From Eledone cirrhosa (Eukaryota): DNA of 64,000 nt. Of this stretch, positions 27,467 to 42,203 are shown piece by piece. The stretch is taken from NCBI GenBank assembly GCA_964016885.1, contig OZ024751.1, forward strand, positions 45,880,001-45,944,000. The letters run 5' to 3'. The translations under genes and the position numbers were made by a program. Within the stretch, counting starts at the first letter, position 1. Each line of letters begins with the position of its first letter. The notes under the pieces were generated by a model, which was not told where the DNA came from, searched no databases, and saw only the letters and a program-made list of their open reading frames with translations.

Positions 27467-27514
27467 CAGGTACTTCAGCTTCGTTGGGTTAAGGACCCCA
27501 ACTCATTCAGCCTG
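27467..27514 (-). ncRNA. Variant hammerhead motif
   Basis: cagg-CTGAATGA-gttggg(gtccttaa)cccaac-GAAG-ctgaag-TA-cctg; helices I and II perfect, two core deviations. Confidence 0.45.
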
Positions 27515-27548
27515 TCATAAGAAAAGTAAAAATATATATATAAATATA

Positions 27549-27608
<60 letters not shown>

Positions 27609-27677
27609 CGAACTTATTTAAAATGAAGCGTAAATGATTATAGTAATAGTTGCTCAGTGTAAGTCAACCACCGGATG

Positions 27678-27734
<57 letters not shown>

Positions 27735-27862
27735 GCACACTCATACGCACGAATATTCATACCTAACCACGTAATACACAGACACATGTAGGTATACATA
27801 TGAACAGGCATCCATGTATATATACACTTTATATACACGCATACTGACAAATTGACAAATTT

Positions 27863-27907
<45 letters not shown>

Positions 27908-28104
27908 CATATATATATATACATATGTATACATATATATATGTGTGTGTGTGTGTGGGTGTGTATACATGCTGACACACATCCTTATACATACATATAT
28001 AAATACATACAGTCATATATACATATATATATACGTACACATACACACACAGACATCTCGATTTACAGTGAAATTCGAGAAGTGCAGACTCGTTTTCGAC
28101 ACCC

Positions 28105-28182
28105 ACCTGCTCCTCCTCCTCCTCCTAAATCTCCTCCTCCACCACCACTACCACCACCACCACCATCGTCGTCGTCATCATC

Positions 28183-28213
<31 letters not shown>

Positions 28214-28607
28214 CTATTATCATCATCATCTTTATTATTATCATCATCATCATCATTGTCGTCATCATCATCATCATCATCATCATCATCGGCGTCGCCG
28301 TCATCTCTATCGACCTTACAACATCATTACTATAGTCATCAACACCAACCACCACCACCACCACCACCACCATCACCACCATCACCAGCACTACCACTAC
28401 CACCACCACCATCCCTACCATCACCAGCACCACCAGCACCACCAGCACCACCACCACCACCACCATCACCACCATCACCAGCACTACCACTACCACCACC
28501 ACCATCTCTACCATCACCAGCACCACCATCACCAGCACCACCAGCACCACCACCACCACCACCGTCACCACCACCACCACCATCACTACCACAACCACCA
28601 TCACAAC
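28105..28607 (+). repeat. (CAC/CAT)n compound trinucleotide tract with internal duplication
   Basis: Visible in sequence. Confidence 0.9.
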
Positions 28608-29297
28608 GTAGATATCCTTCTCTCGCTTAGCTTTGAATTGTATTGTGTAATATGACGCAACACAATATGGTTGGTTGATGAAGTCACGCGCTCATCAGGA
28701 GAGGAGAAAGTGTCACATTCGTAAGTTCAATGTAACAACAGGAGTCGTGAAGTTTATAGGAGCCAAGGCAACGGATTGTCATGGTCGTTAAGATGATAAT
28801 ACCTTGCGGTATTTGTATAGGCTCTTTGCATCCCGTCGACGTCAAATTTCCCTTTTATCCTTTTTGGGGTCGATAAAATAAAGTTGATGTAGTATGATGG
28901 GTTTCAGGAATTCTTAAAGCGTCTCTCTGTAGTATTATTTGTTCTGTCTCTTGGAATTGAGTTCAAATCTCTGGCCATAAGTAGTTTAGTAGACTTAATC
29001 GATCGTCCAACTTAACCCCGCCACTTGGCAATTGGTTAGCTTTGGCTCTGTCCACTCTGTTATACATCTTCTGGTGATGTCTCTGATTTATCTATACCTT
29101 CTTCACTGCCCCTCACCAGCTCCTGAGGTTTTGATATCGGTCCCGGGCACTACCCTCTCCTCCATTACTAAACAACAGAAAAATATTACATTACTCTTTA
29201 AAAGTTTATTCAGGGGCTTGCATGCTTACAATATTCTGTGATTGTGTAATATTTTTGTTAGGATTTGCTTCCAACAAACAGTACCAGCAATGGCAAA

Positions 29298-29712
29298 ACC
29301 AATGGAAACATCGTTTTTTTAGTCAGGTCTGACAATGAGATCCTTTCTTTCTCTATGTATTGTACCACCAATGGAAACATCGTTTTCTTGGTCAGATCTG
29401 ACAATCAGATCCTTTCTTCTCTATGTATTGTACCACCAATGGAAACATCGTTTTCTTGGTCAGATCTGACAATCAGATCCTTTCTTTCTCTATGTATTGT
29501 ACCACCAATGGAAACATCGTTTTCTTAGTCAGGTCTGACAATGAGATCCTTTCTTTCTCTATGTATTGTACCACCAATGGAAACATCGTTTTCTTAGTCA
29601 GGTCTGACAATGAGATCCTTTCTTTCTCTATGTATTGTACTACCAATAGAAACTTTGTTATTTTGGTCAGGTCTGACAGTAAGACCCTTTCCTTCTCTAT
29701 ATGTATTGTACC
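29298..29712 (+). repeat. 69-bp minisatellite, ~6 copies
   Basis: Unit accaatggaaacatcgttttcttagtcaggtctgacaatgagatcctttctttctctatgtattgtacc. Confidence 0.95.
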
Positions 29713-30064
29713 ATTCAGGATACCAATTTACAGCTAAGTGATCTGGGGTTAATGTGAGACAGTTGTTGACACAAAACAATGACCTTTTCGTTAACTACAA
29801 CCAGAACCAGCTTAGTCATTCATCTGCGATTATCACAGATAGATCATCATTTAAATATCGTTGAACCAGTCGAGAGTTCACTGACCTTAACGTAATCTTA
29901 ACACGACCCTATTGATCTTATCAGAACTACATTGACCTTCCCGTGCTCAATGAAACTTCACGAACGATGAATAAAAATCGGTCCATCGTTTCCAGATGAT
30001 TTTGTTGACATTTAAGTTTTGTTTCGAAACTTTGGGAAACATCTTCACAAGAGTAGCTGGGATT

Positions 30065-31268
30065 GTTGCAGCTATAGTTATAATAATATTACAGTTATAG
30101 TTATAATATTATTACAGCTATAGTTATAATAATATTACAGTTAGAGTTATAATATTATTACAGCTATAGTTATAATATTATTACAGCTATAATTATAATA
30201 TCATTACAGCTATAGTTATAATATTATAGCTATAGTTATAATATTATAGCTATAGTTATAGTTATAATATTATTACAGCTATAGTTATAATATTATAGCT
30301 ATAGTTATAGTTATAATATTACAGCTATACTTATAATAATATTGTAGTTATAGTTATAATAATATTGTAGTTATACTTATACTAACATTATAGATATAGT
30401 TATAATATATTATAGGTATAATAATTTTACAGCTATAATTATAATATTATAGCTATAGTTATAGTTATAATATTATAGCTAGCGTTAATATATTATAGTT
30501 ATAATGCTATAATATTATAGCTATAGTTATAATATTATTACAGCTATAGTTATAATAATATTACAGTTATAGTTATAATATTGTAGCTATAATTATACTA
30601 ATATTATAACTACTAGCAGGAAAACCAGCCTGCGCGTGGTTTTCTGCTAGCATGTGTAGTGTGTATATTGATATTATACACAAATATATATGCATGTAGA
30701 TATGATACATCAAATAAAATCGTAATTGACAATATACACAGAAATTGAACGAAGTCTATGTTACACTGTCTTCTGTAATCAGTAACGTAATCCATGATAC
30801 ATTAAAAAAAAGACGATATTATATATAAACTGCATTAGGAGAAAATTAGCGACGGAAATATATGCGATATTTTTTATAAGTGTTATAATATAACGGCCGC
30901 TAACCGGAAGTGTTGACATTTGAAAATTTTAAAGAAGTGAATTTTAAAGGTCTTTAAATAAGCTATAAAATATATTTAATCAACAGCCACAAAATTTAGT
31001 ACATAAATTATGTAATATTCATTCATTATTTATTCAAAGTGCCAGTAATGCACTGGATAATTGCTGGCCTTGTGCCTAAAGTAGAAACAATTATTTATTC
31101 AAAGTAATCCAACTTATTTTACAAACGGGGGTAAAAAAATATATTCTGGACGCAATCCCGCACTCCTTTCTTTGTTATAGTTAAGAGAGTGATAATATTA
31201 TAGCTATAGTTTTAGTTATAATATTATTACAGCTATAGTTATAATATTGTAGCTATAGTTATACTAAT
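30065..31268 (+). repeat. AT-rich ~20-23-bp minisatellite (agctatagttataatattattac), interrupted by an insertion
   Basis: Array at 30065-30612 resumes at 31190-31268. Confidence 0.9.
30613..31188 (-). mobile_element. Non-autonomous Helitron-like element
   Basis: Minus strand starts TCTCTTAACTATAACAAAG and ends in a hairpin plus CTAG followed by T; no TSD; splits a minisatellite. Confidence 0.6.
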
Positions 31269-31374
31269 TTCTTTATTACATGCTAAACTTCGGAATATTT
31301 TACATATTTTTACACTTCCATTAATGGATTATACTTGTAATTTCTTGATTAGCTGTGCTTTTTCTGGTTCACAC

Positions 31375-32030
31375 AGGGGTCGGTCGAGCTAATCGAGTCC
31401 ACCACTAAAAGATTGTTGGCCTAGTGCCTGAATCAGGAATCATTATTAATATTATTATTACGGCAAGGGCCGTAACTCCATGCTTTGGCGCATAGAGTTA
31501 CGGCCCGTGTCATTCTGAGTTCAAATCCCGCCGAGGTTAACTTTGCCTTTCATCCTTACGGGGTCGATAATATAAAGTACCAGTAATACACTGGGATAAT
31601 TGTTGGCCTTGTGCCAAACGTAGAAACAATTATTAATATTATTAGGAGGTGGATTGGCAGTATGGGAGGAGTGTCGGATACCATGCTTTGTGGCATAGAG
31701 TTACGGTCCTTTACGTTCTGAGTTCAAATACCACCGAGGTTAGCTTTAGCTTTCATCCATACAGGGTCGATAAATTAAGCACCAGTAATGTACTGAGGTG
31801 CCCCAAAATTGTTGGCCTTGTGCCTAAATCAGAAACTATTAGCGGTGGATTGGCAGTATCGGTAGAGGGTCGGACGCCATGCTTTCCAGCGTAGTTACGT
31901 CCCTTTACGGTCTGAGTTCAAATTCCGCCCAGGTTAACTTTGCCTTTCATTCTTACGGGGTCGATAAAATAAAGTACCAGTAATACACTGAGTAATTGCT
32001 GGCCTTGTTCCAAAAGTAGAAACAATTATT
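31375..32030 (+). mobile_element. Head-to-tail cluster of SINE copies
   Basis: Tail fragment 31375-31445, then copies at ~31467-31632, 31647-31840 and 31842-32028. Confidence 0.85.
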
Positions 32031-32461
32031 ATTACTATTATTGATATTTTCAGGATGTATTTTTTGCAGAACTAATCGATAAACGAGATGTCACGTGACC
32101 ACTCGACTAATCAGTTATTTAGCCGATTCGTTACTTTTAAACTGATTCGAGTGGTCAATTTAGAGATTATCTTTGTGATAGAATGACACGTTGCTGACAA
32201 GCCACTGGGTGGAATGGATGACCGTTTACTAACCGCCCCTCCACACATCCACTCGACTGGGTATGTACACAGGGTGGTGGTGACGGTGGTGGGGTGTTTT
32301 AATTTATATATTTTAAACTACAAAAGTAAGGATTGAAGGATGAGAAAGAAAGAAAAAAACACGTGGGGAACAATGAGATTTAGAAACAATATGGCTTCTC
32401 CCTCCTCCTCCCCCTCCTCCTCCACTCCTTCTCCCGCTCCCCATCCCCATCCTCCTGGATA

Positions 32462-33930
<1,469 letters not shown>

Positions 33931-34175
33931 TTGTTCTTCTTCGTGTGTGGGAGCGGTGAGATAAGTGGCTAATATCGATTTACAGTGTTTGTGACAAGGA
34001 TTCTGAACAGTTCGTTTGATTGAGAGCCCTAACTAAAATCTCACAAACAGGTTTTGATAAAGGGTCCTTTTACTGCCTGACCTCATTCAAACATACATAC
34101 AGACATACATACATACACACATGTATACATATGTACATATATACATATATACATATATATATATACATATATACA

Positions 34176-34278
<103 letters not shown>

Positions 34279-34326
34279 ATACATACATACTCACATCCAG
34301 CCATCCATACAGACACACACACGCAC

Positions 34327-34463
<137 letters not shown>

Positions 34464-34528
34464 CACATGTATATATATATATAATGTATGGGTGTGTGTA
34501 TCTATATATATATATAGAGAGAGAGAGA

Positions 34529-34865
34529 GGCGAGTGATAAATTGGTTAAGGTGTTAGGGTCACGACCGTATGGTCGGGAGTTCGATTCCCGGCAGTATGC
34601 TGTTTACTTGAGCAACGCTGTTTATCTAACGGAACACCAGTCCTCTCTGTATGATAAAATGAAGAACCTGCATTGTCTGTCATACTCTGTATGTGGTGTG
34701 GTTTGGTCCACTGTCGGTTACGATGATGAGTGTTCCAGTTGATTCAATCAGCAGGACAACCTGCACGTAAAATTAACAGGCAAGTAACTGAACATTCCGT
34801 AGCCACGTGTACCCTTAATGTAGTTCTCAGGGAGATTCGGCGCGATACAGTGAGTAACAAGACCG
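34529..34865 (+). mobile_element. Second tRNA-derived SINE family, decayed near-full copy
   Basis: ttggttaagg A-box-like, gagttcgattccc B-box, cttgagcaa core-like, 3' domain shared with 22080-22280. Confidence 0.6.
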
Positions 34866-35159
34866 TCCAGCTCCGTGAACTGTAGCAATGTGAAGTAAAG
34901 TGTCTTACTTAAGAACATAAACCTACCTGCCTTCTCAGTCATACACTATGTCGCGCTTAATCTTCTCGAGAACTAAGTTAAGGGTACTCGTGTCTGTGGA
35001 AAGCTCATCTACTCGCACGCTGCTCCAGTCCACGATAACAACAACAACAAAAGCAGTTGTAACAACGACAAGAATGACAACAGCAGCAACAACAACAATG
35101 ACAACAACGAAAGCGACATCAACGACGACAGCAACAACAACAATAACGACGACATAATT

Positions 35160-35310
35160 ATATCCTTCATTAAACTAAGTTGGCCGCCATTTTAAGGATA
35201 TCTTTCGTTAAACTAAGTTGGTCACCATTTTAAAGATATCCTTAATGAAACTAAGTTAGCCGTCATTTGAAAGATATCCTTCATCAAACTAAGTTGGCCG
35301 CCATTTTAAT
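35160..35310 (+). repeat. 38-bp minisatellite, 4 copies
   Basis: Unit atatccttcattaaactaagttggccgccattttaagg. Confidence 0.9.
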
Positions 35311-35495
35311 GACAGTGTTAAGTTTGTTTTAAGGGTCAATTTAGTTGGTGGAGTCTTTAGCAAGGGTAAATAACTGTACTACAGAACGAAGCTATGTCGA
35401 TAGCTCAACTGTTCTTAGCTTTATACATGATATATATATGTAGAGAGTAGATTTAGTGACTGTATCAAGCAGTAGGGATTGGAAACGATTATATA

Positions 35496-35559
<64 letters not shown>

Positions 35560-35660
35560 TTATAATTTTATAAAGGTATTCATATTTTTATATATATATA
35601 ATTTTATAACTCCCTATATATATAGTTGAGCTCTTTTTCTTGTTCATTATCCATATCACA

Positions 35661-35792
35661 ATGGAAAAACAATACTTGGGAACTTCTTTAAAGAATATAC
35701 CAATACCTTCTAAGGATGAATTCTTACTTCTTATGATACAAAAAACCAACCAATTCATCAAAAGGGTCAGATGGAGGGCCTACCACTTTGAT
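35661..35792 (+). pseudogene. N-terminus of a Naiad-like PLE ORF (isolated fragment)
   Basis: MEKQYLGTSLKNIPIPSKDEFLLLMIQKTNQFIKRVRWRAYHF; the SLKNIPIPS..FIKR.RW.A motif is recalled as typical of these PLE ORF starts. Confidence 0.7.
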
Positions 35793-35880
35793 ACATACCA
35801 ACACACACATATATATCCTAGAAATGATCGTAAAATGATGAATTTTTTAATATAAGGAACTGTTTCTTTGTTTTTATTCA

Positions 35881-35923
<43 letters not shown>

Positions 35924-36118
35924 CTTACATACACACACATATATATACACATATAATTACATATATAAATCCATGTGTGTGTGTGTATAAACCCGCAGAT
36001 ACAACCTCAACCACACACACACACGGCCATACGCAATCATACTTTCCTATACATACACTTTCACACATTTTCATACAAATACACATCGACACCTACTCAC
36101 ATTGACACAGACAGAGAT

Positions 36119-36205
<87 letters not shown>

Positions 36206-36254
36206 AATACTCACGAAAATTAACCGCCACCACCGGTTCCTTTTCCACAGGCAT

Positions 36255-37135
36255 CAAACAACAAAAACAACGCTATCGCCATCACCGCCACCACCACCTA
36301 CACTACCACTACAACCTCCACACCCACTACCACTACCACCACCACCACCACCAACACCACCAACACCAACACAACGATTACCGCCACCATTGCCACCACC
36401 ATCGCCACCATTACTACTACCACTACCACCACCAACAACAACAACACCAACGCAACCACCTCCATCACCACCATTACCACCACCACTACTACCACCACCA
36501 ACAACAACAACACCAACACAACCACCTCTATCACCACCATTACCACTCTTACCACCACCACTACTACCACCACCAAAAACAACACCAACACTACCACCTG
36601 CATCACCACCATTACCATCACCACCACCACCACCACCACCACCACCACCACCACCACCACCAAAAACAACACCAACACTACCACTTCCATCACTACCATT
36701 ACCACCACTACTACCACCACCAACTACAACAACATCAACACAACCACCTCCATCGCCACCATTACCACCACTACTACCACCAACAACAACAACAACAACA
36801 CCAATACTACCACTTCCATAACCACCATCACCTTCACCACCACCAACAACAACAACACCAACACTACCACCACCATCACCACCACCAACAACAACAACAC
36901 CAACACTACCACTTCCATCACCACCACCACCACTACCACCAAAGACAACACCAACACTACCACCACCATCACCACCACCACCAACAACAACACAAACATT
37001 ACCACTTCCATCACCACCACCACCAAAGACAACAACACCAACAACAACACCAACACTACCACCACCAACAACAACAACAACACCAACACTACCACCACCA
37101 CCAACAACAACAACAACAACACCAACACTACCACC

Positions 37136-37166
<31 letters not shown>

Positions 37167-37183
37167 CCAACACTACCACCACC

Positions 37184-37214
<31 letters not shown>

Positions 37215-37225
37215 CCAACACTACC

Positions 37226-37257
<32 letters not shown>

Positions 37258-37285
37258 CAACAACACCAACACTACCACCACTACC

Positions 37286-37317
<32 letters not shown>

Positions 37318-37370
37318 CACCAACACAACCACCACCACCACCACCACCAAAGACAACACCAACACCACCA
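36255..37370 (+). repeat. (CCA/ACA/CTA)n compound trinucleotide tract with higher-order units
   Basis: Visible in sequence. Confidence 0.9.
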
Positions 37371-37419
37371 TATATATATCTATCTATCTTTCTATCTACC
37401 TACCTATCTTACTCTCTTG

Positions 37420-38062
37420 TCATCTCTCACTCACCCTCTCTCTTTCTCTCTCTCCCTCTCTCCCCTTCTCTCAACCCTCTCGCCGTCTCTCCCTATCTAT
37501 CTATCTCTTTTTCTCTCTCCCTCTCTCACATTCTCTCCCCCTCTCCCCCCTCTCTCCCCCTTTGTCACCGTCTCTCCCGCTCTCTCCCCCTTTCCCCCTC
37601 TCACCGTCTCTCCTTCTCTCTTTCCAATTTCTCCCTCCCTCCCTCTCACTGTCTCTTCCTATTTCTCTCCCCCTCTCCCCTTCTCTCCCCCTCTCACCGT
37701 CTCTCTCTCTCTCTCTTTCTCTCCCTCTCCCCCTCTCTCTCACTGTCTCTCCCTTTCTCTATCTCTCTTTCTCTCTCTCCCCCTCTCTCCCCTTCTCTCT
37801 CCCCCTCTCTCCCCTTCTCTCTCCCCTCTCACCGTCTCTCCCTATCTTTATCTATCTCTCCCCCTCTCTCTCCCCTCTCACCGTCTCTCCCTATCTCTGT
37901 CTATCTCTCCCCCTCTCCCCTTCTCTCTCCCCTCTCACCGTCTCTCCCTAACTCTGTCTATCCCCCCCCTTCTCTCCCCCCACCACCGTCTCTCCCTATC
38001 TCTCTCTCTCCTTCTCGCCCTTTCTCTCCCCCTCTCACTCTCTCTCCCTATCTCTCTCTCAC
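37420..38062 (+). repeat. Polypyrimidine tract with recurring ctcaccgtctctcc units
   Basis: Visible in sequence. Confidence 0.9.
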
Positions 38063-38337
38063 TGCCCCAGCTCACTGTATGTAAAACAAGACTAGGATTT
38101 TCTGTTTATCTGTATTTCAGTGTCTCATTGATAAACTAAAAAATTTGACACCTATCAACTGTCCTATATATACACACACACACACACTCACATACACACA
38201 CACACACTCACATACACACACACACACTCACATACACACACGCATATACTCACATACATACATGCATACACATATTAAAACGTGTATATATTCATATATA
38301 TAGATATGTGTGTGTGTGTGTATATATATACATATAC

Positions 38338-38509
<172 letters not shown>

Positions 38510-38510
38510 G

Positions 38511-38550
<40 letters not shown>

Positions 38551-38662
38551 TATATACATAAATACATACCCACAAATACATATACACCAACTTTAAACTA
38601 CGTACAGAGCCGGCTTTGTGTGTGTACGTATGTTTGTATGTGTGAGTGTACGTGTGTTAGTG

Positions 38663-38706
<44 letters not shown>

Positions 38707-39146
38707 TTGGTCTTCAGTTGATTAAGTCTGTGCGTCAGTGGAATGTCGCCGTTATACGATATGAGCGGTTTCAATGGAAGCCGGCCACTCTACTGCAAAC
38801 AACCAGTTACACGGCCGCATTCATTAACTGATAAAGTAACAACAACAACAACAACAACAGCATTAACAACAACAACAACAGCAGCAACCGCAACAAAGCG
38901 ACAACAACAAAGCGACAACAACAACAGCAAGAATAACAGCAACAACAACAACAACAATAACAACAGCATTAACAACAACAGCAACAGCAACAACAACAGC
39001 AACAGCAACAAAGCGACAACAACAAGAAGAATAACAGCAACAACAATGACAATAACAACATCAGTAACAACAATAATAACAACAACAGCGACAACAACAG
39101 TAACAACAATAATAATTTGCTCTACGGTTCTTATATATTTGATATA

Positions 39147-39209
<63 letters not shown>

Positions 39210-39283
39210 CGTGTATGTGTGTGTATATGTATATATATATATGTGTGTGTGTGTATATATAGATATGTGTATATATATATATA

Positions 39284-39366
<83 letters not shown>

Positions 39367-39393
39367 ATATATATATGTGTGTGTGTGTATATA

Positions 39394-39477
<84 letters not shown>

Positions 39478-39509
39478 CACACATACAGATCCTACAATAA
39501 TTACATAAC

Positions 39510-39565
39510 GTGAATACGCGCGTTTCATTAGCGTATTGAAATACGCCAACTCATCGGTGGTTCGC
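39510..39565 (-). ncRNA. Variant hammerhead motif
   Basis: CCGATGA-gttggcgtat(ttca)atacgctaat-GAAA-cgcgcg-TA-ttc; 10-bp helix II, palindromic helix III, U4C change, poor helix I. Confidence 0.55.
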
Positions 39566-39590
39566 CATAGTGGATTGATTTCCGGAATCA

Positions 39591-39623
<33 letters not shown>

Positions 39624-39629
39624 TATATA

Positions 39630-39746
39630 CACAGGGTCAGCAGAAGTAGGTATGCAGTAATGAAAAAAAAATCGTGTGCACAAAACATATATTATTATAA
39701 TACTGGTATAATCCTTACTGTATACCTAATTTTGAAGCACCCTCTA
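39630..39746. mobile_element. Decayed Tc1/mariner-type MITE
   Basis: Imperfect TIRs cagggt..agtaggtatgcagtaa / ttactgtatacctaa..accctc in TA context. Confidence 0.45.
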
Positions 39747-40279
39747 TATATATTGACTGAGGAGATAGGACTGTCCATCTTTCCGCTGTTTTTCCATTGT
39801 CTTTCTCCTGTGCACCATCTACTTTGAATTTGTATTCTAAAGTCTTAGTCATTTTTTAAAACTATCATATAATAGACATCACACCACCCGGTCCGTCTTC
39901 TTACCTATTCTCTCAGTTACCTTTTCTATACTTCAGTATCATTCTTCTTTGTCTGTAAGTTGGACTAGAGTCCTTATTATTCTCTTCTGTTTTACTATTT
40001 CTCTCCTTTGACTAAGCCATCGCCCACCCCTCTATCACTTCTTTGTCTGTCGATGAACTTGGAATGCTTTTTCTTCTATATTTGTTGGATTTGCCTAAAG
40101 ACATAACTTGTCTCTACCTGTCTAGTTATGATCCAATGAATGGTATCAACCCCACAAAAAAACCGAAACCGTAGTGATTTCCAGAGGTTGACTGAGGAGA
40201 AGCGACTGTCCGGCTTTCCATTGTTTTTTCCATTGTCTTTGTCCTATGCGCGCGCGCACACACACACACACATATATAT

Positions 40280-40332
40280 ATGTTTGAATCATCGATTTTC
40301 CTCGGTCTTTATTCTTCAATACCACATGGTAC

Positions 40333-40405
<73 letters not shown>

Positions 40406-40688
40406 GTGAGGTTTTTTTTACAAAATGAAAAATAACCGAGTGGAAGTATAAAGAAAAAGAGATGAAATCGAAAATGCAACTGATGTCTTATTTTTTTAAA
40501 AAATATATATATTTATTTGGTTCCTTTACCGGTTTCGCAGTTCTTCTGCTTTTCAAAAGGTGAGTTGAGATGGAGGGTCTGTGGTTTTTCTCACAGAAGA
40601 ACTGCGAAACCGGTAAAGGAACCAAATAAATATATATGTTTTAAAAAAAAATAAGACTTCAGTTGCATTTTCGATTTCATCTCTTTTT

Positions 40689-40780
<92 letters not shown>

Positions 40781-40833
40781 GTACCATGTGGTATTGAAGA
40801 ATAAAGACCGAGGAAAATCGATGATTCAAACAT
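40280..40833. repeat. Nested inverted repeats separated by (TA)n
   Basis: Outer arms 40280-40340 / 40774-40833; inner arms 40451-40548 / 40594-40691. Confidence 0.9.
40523..40560 (-). ncRNA. Minimal hammerhead with U3-A8 core
   Basis: cctt-TTGAAAA-gcag(aagaa)ctgc-GAAA-ccgg-TA-aagg. Confidence 0.6.
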
Positions 40834-41087
40834 CTTTACAAAGAATGTTGTAAATCAAGGAATTATTAAAATAAATATTTTTTTAAACTAAAACCACCGC
40901 CATTTTTACGGTGTTTATCGTGTCTGTATGGGTGTGTGTGTGTATATGTATGTGTACGAGTATCTGTGTATGTGCGTGTCTATGTGTGTGTGTGCATACG
41001 TGTATGTGTGTATCTGTGTGTGTGTGTAGGTGTATGTGTGTGTGTGTGTTTACGTGTGAATTGAAGTATCATTATGTAAGTGTATGG

Positions 41088-41275
41088 GTGGTGGATTGGC
41101 AGAATCAGTAGAGGGTCGGACGCCATGCTTTGACGCATGGAGTTACGTCCCTTTCCCTTCTGAGTTCAAATCCCGCCGAGGTTAACTTTGCCTTTCATCC
41201 TTACGGGGTCGATAAAATAAAGTACCAGTAATGCACTGGGTAATTGCTGGCCTTGTGCCAAACGTAGAAACAATT
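41088..41275 (+). mobile_element. tRNA-derived SINE
   Basis: Same family as 2872-3063. Confidence 0.85.
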
Positions 41276-41697
41276 GTGTATGTTGGTAAATATGTTGATG
41301 TTGTTGTTGATGATGATGATGTTGGTGTATTGTTATTAGTTGTTATATTTTCAGTTGCTGTTGTTTTTGTTGCTGTTGCTAATGTTGTTGTTATTGCTGT
41401 TGCTGTTGTTGTTGCTTTTGTTGGTGCTGTTGTTGCTATTGTTGTTGTTGTTCCAGCTGTTGTTGCTACTGTTGCTTCTGTTGATAATATTGCTACTGCT
41501 GCTGTTGTTGCAGCAGTTGATGCTGCTGTTGTTGTTGTAGTTGTGGCTGCAGTCGATAATTCTGTTATTGTTGTTGTTGTTGTTAGTCATCTTATCTTAA
41601 ACTTCAGTCACCCGATGTGTTTTCTCAACATCAAACCCACTAAATGAACCCCCGCCCCCCTACATATATATATATGTGTGTACATATATATATATGT

Positions 41698-41751
<54 letters not shown>

Positions 41752-42203
41752 GCTCACACATACACACACGTACACACAAACACATATTTACACTCAGCTC
41801 TACATAGGTATACTTACATATATATACACCTATGTGAGTGAGAGAGAGAGAGTGTTGTGTGATAGATATGGTGTTAATAGATATAGATATATAGAGAGGG
41901 AGAGTTTGGTGTTAATTGATATAGAGAGGTGTATTGGAAGAGAGTTCCGTGTAGTAGATATATATTTCTATTTATTTGCCACCAGGGCATCAAAGATTGG
42001 GACAAATACAAAGGGGGGAGTTTACATACATTTAAAAAGACGTGTAAAAAACATATAACAAATTAAATTTAACAATCGATGTCCTCAATAGGGAGGGGCG
42101 TTGACATGGGTCGCACACACCCCCGAAAAAATGTGCAACCCTCCTCTTCAGGAGAACAAAGAGCGGGTGCTTCCTTCCTCTTCTCATTCTTCTCCTCTCT
42201 CAC

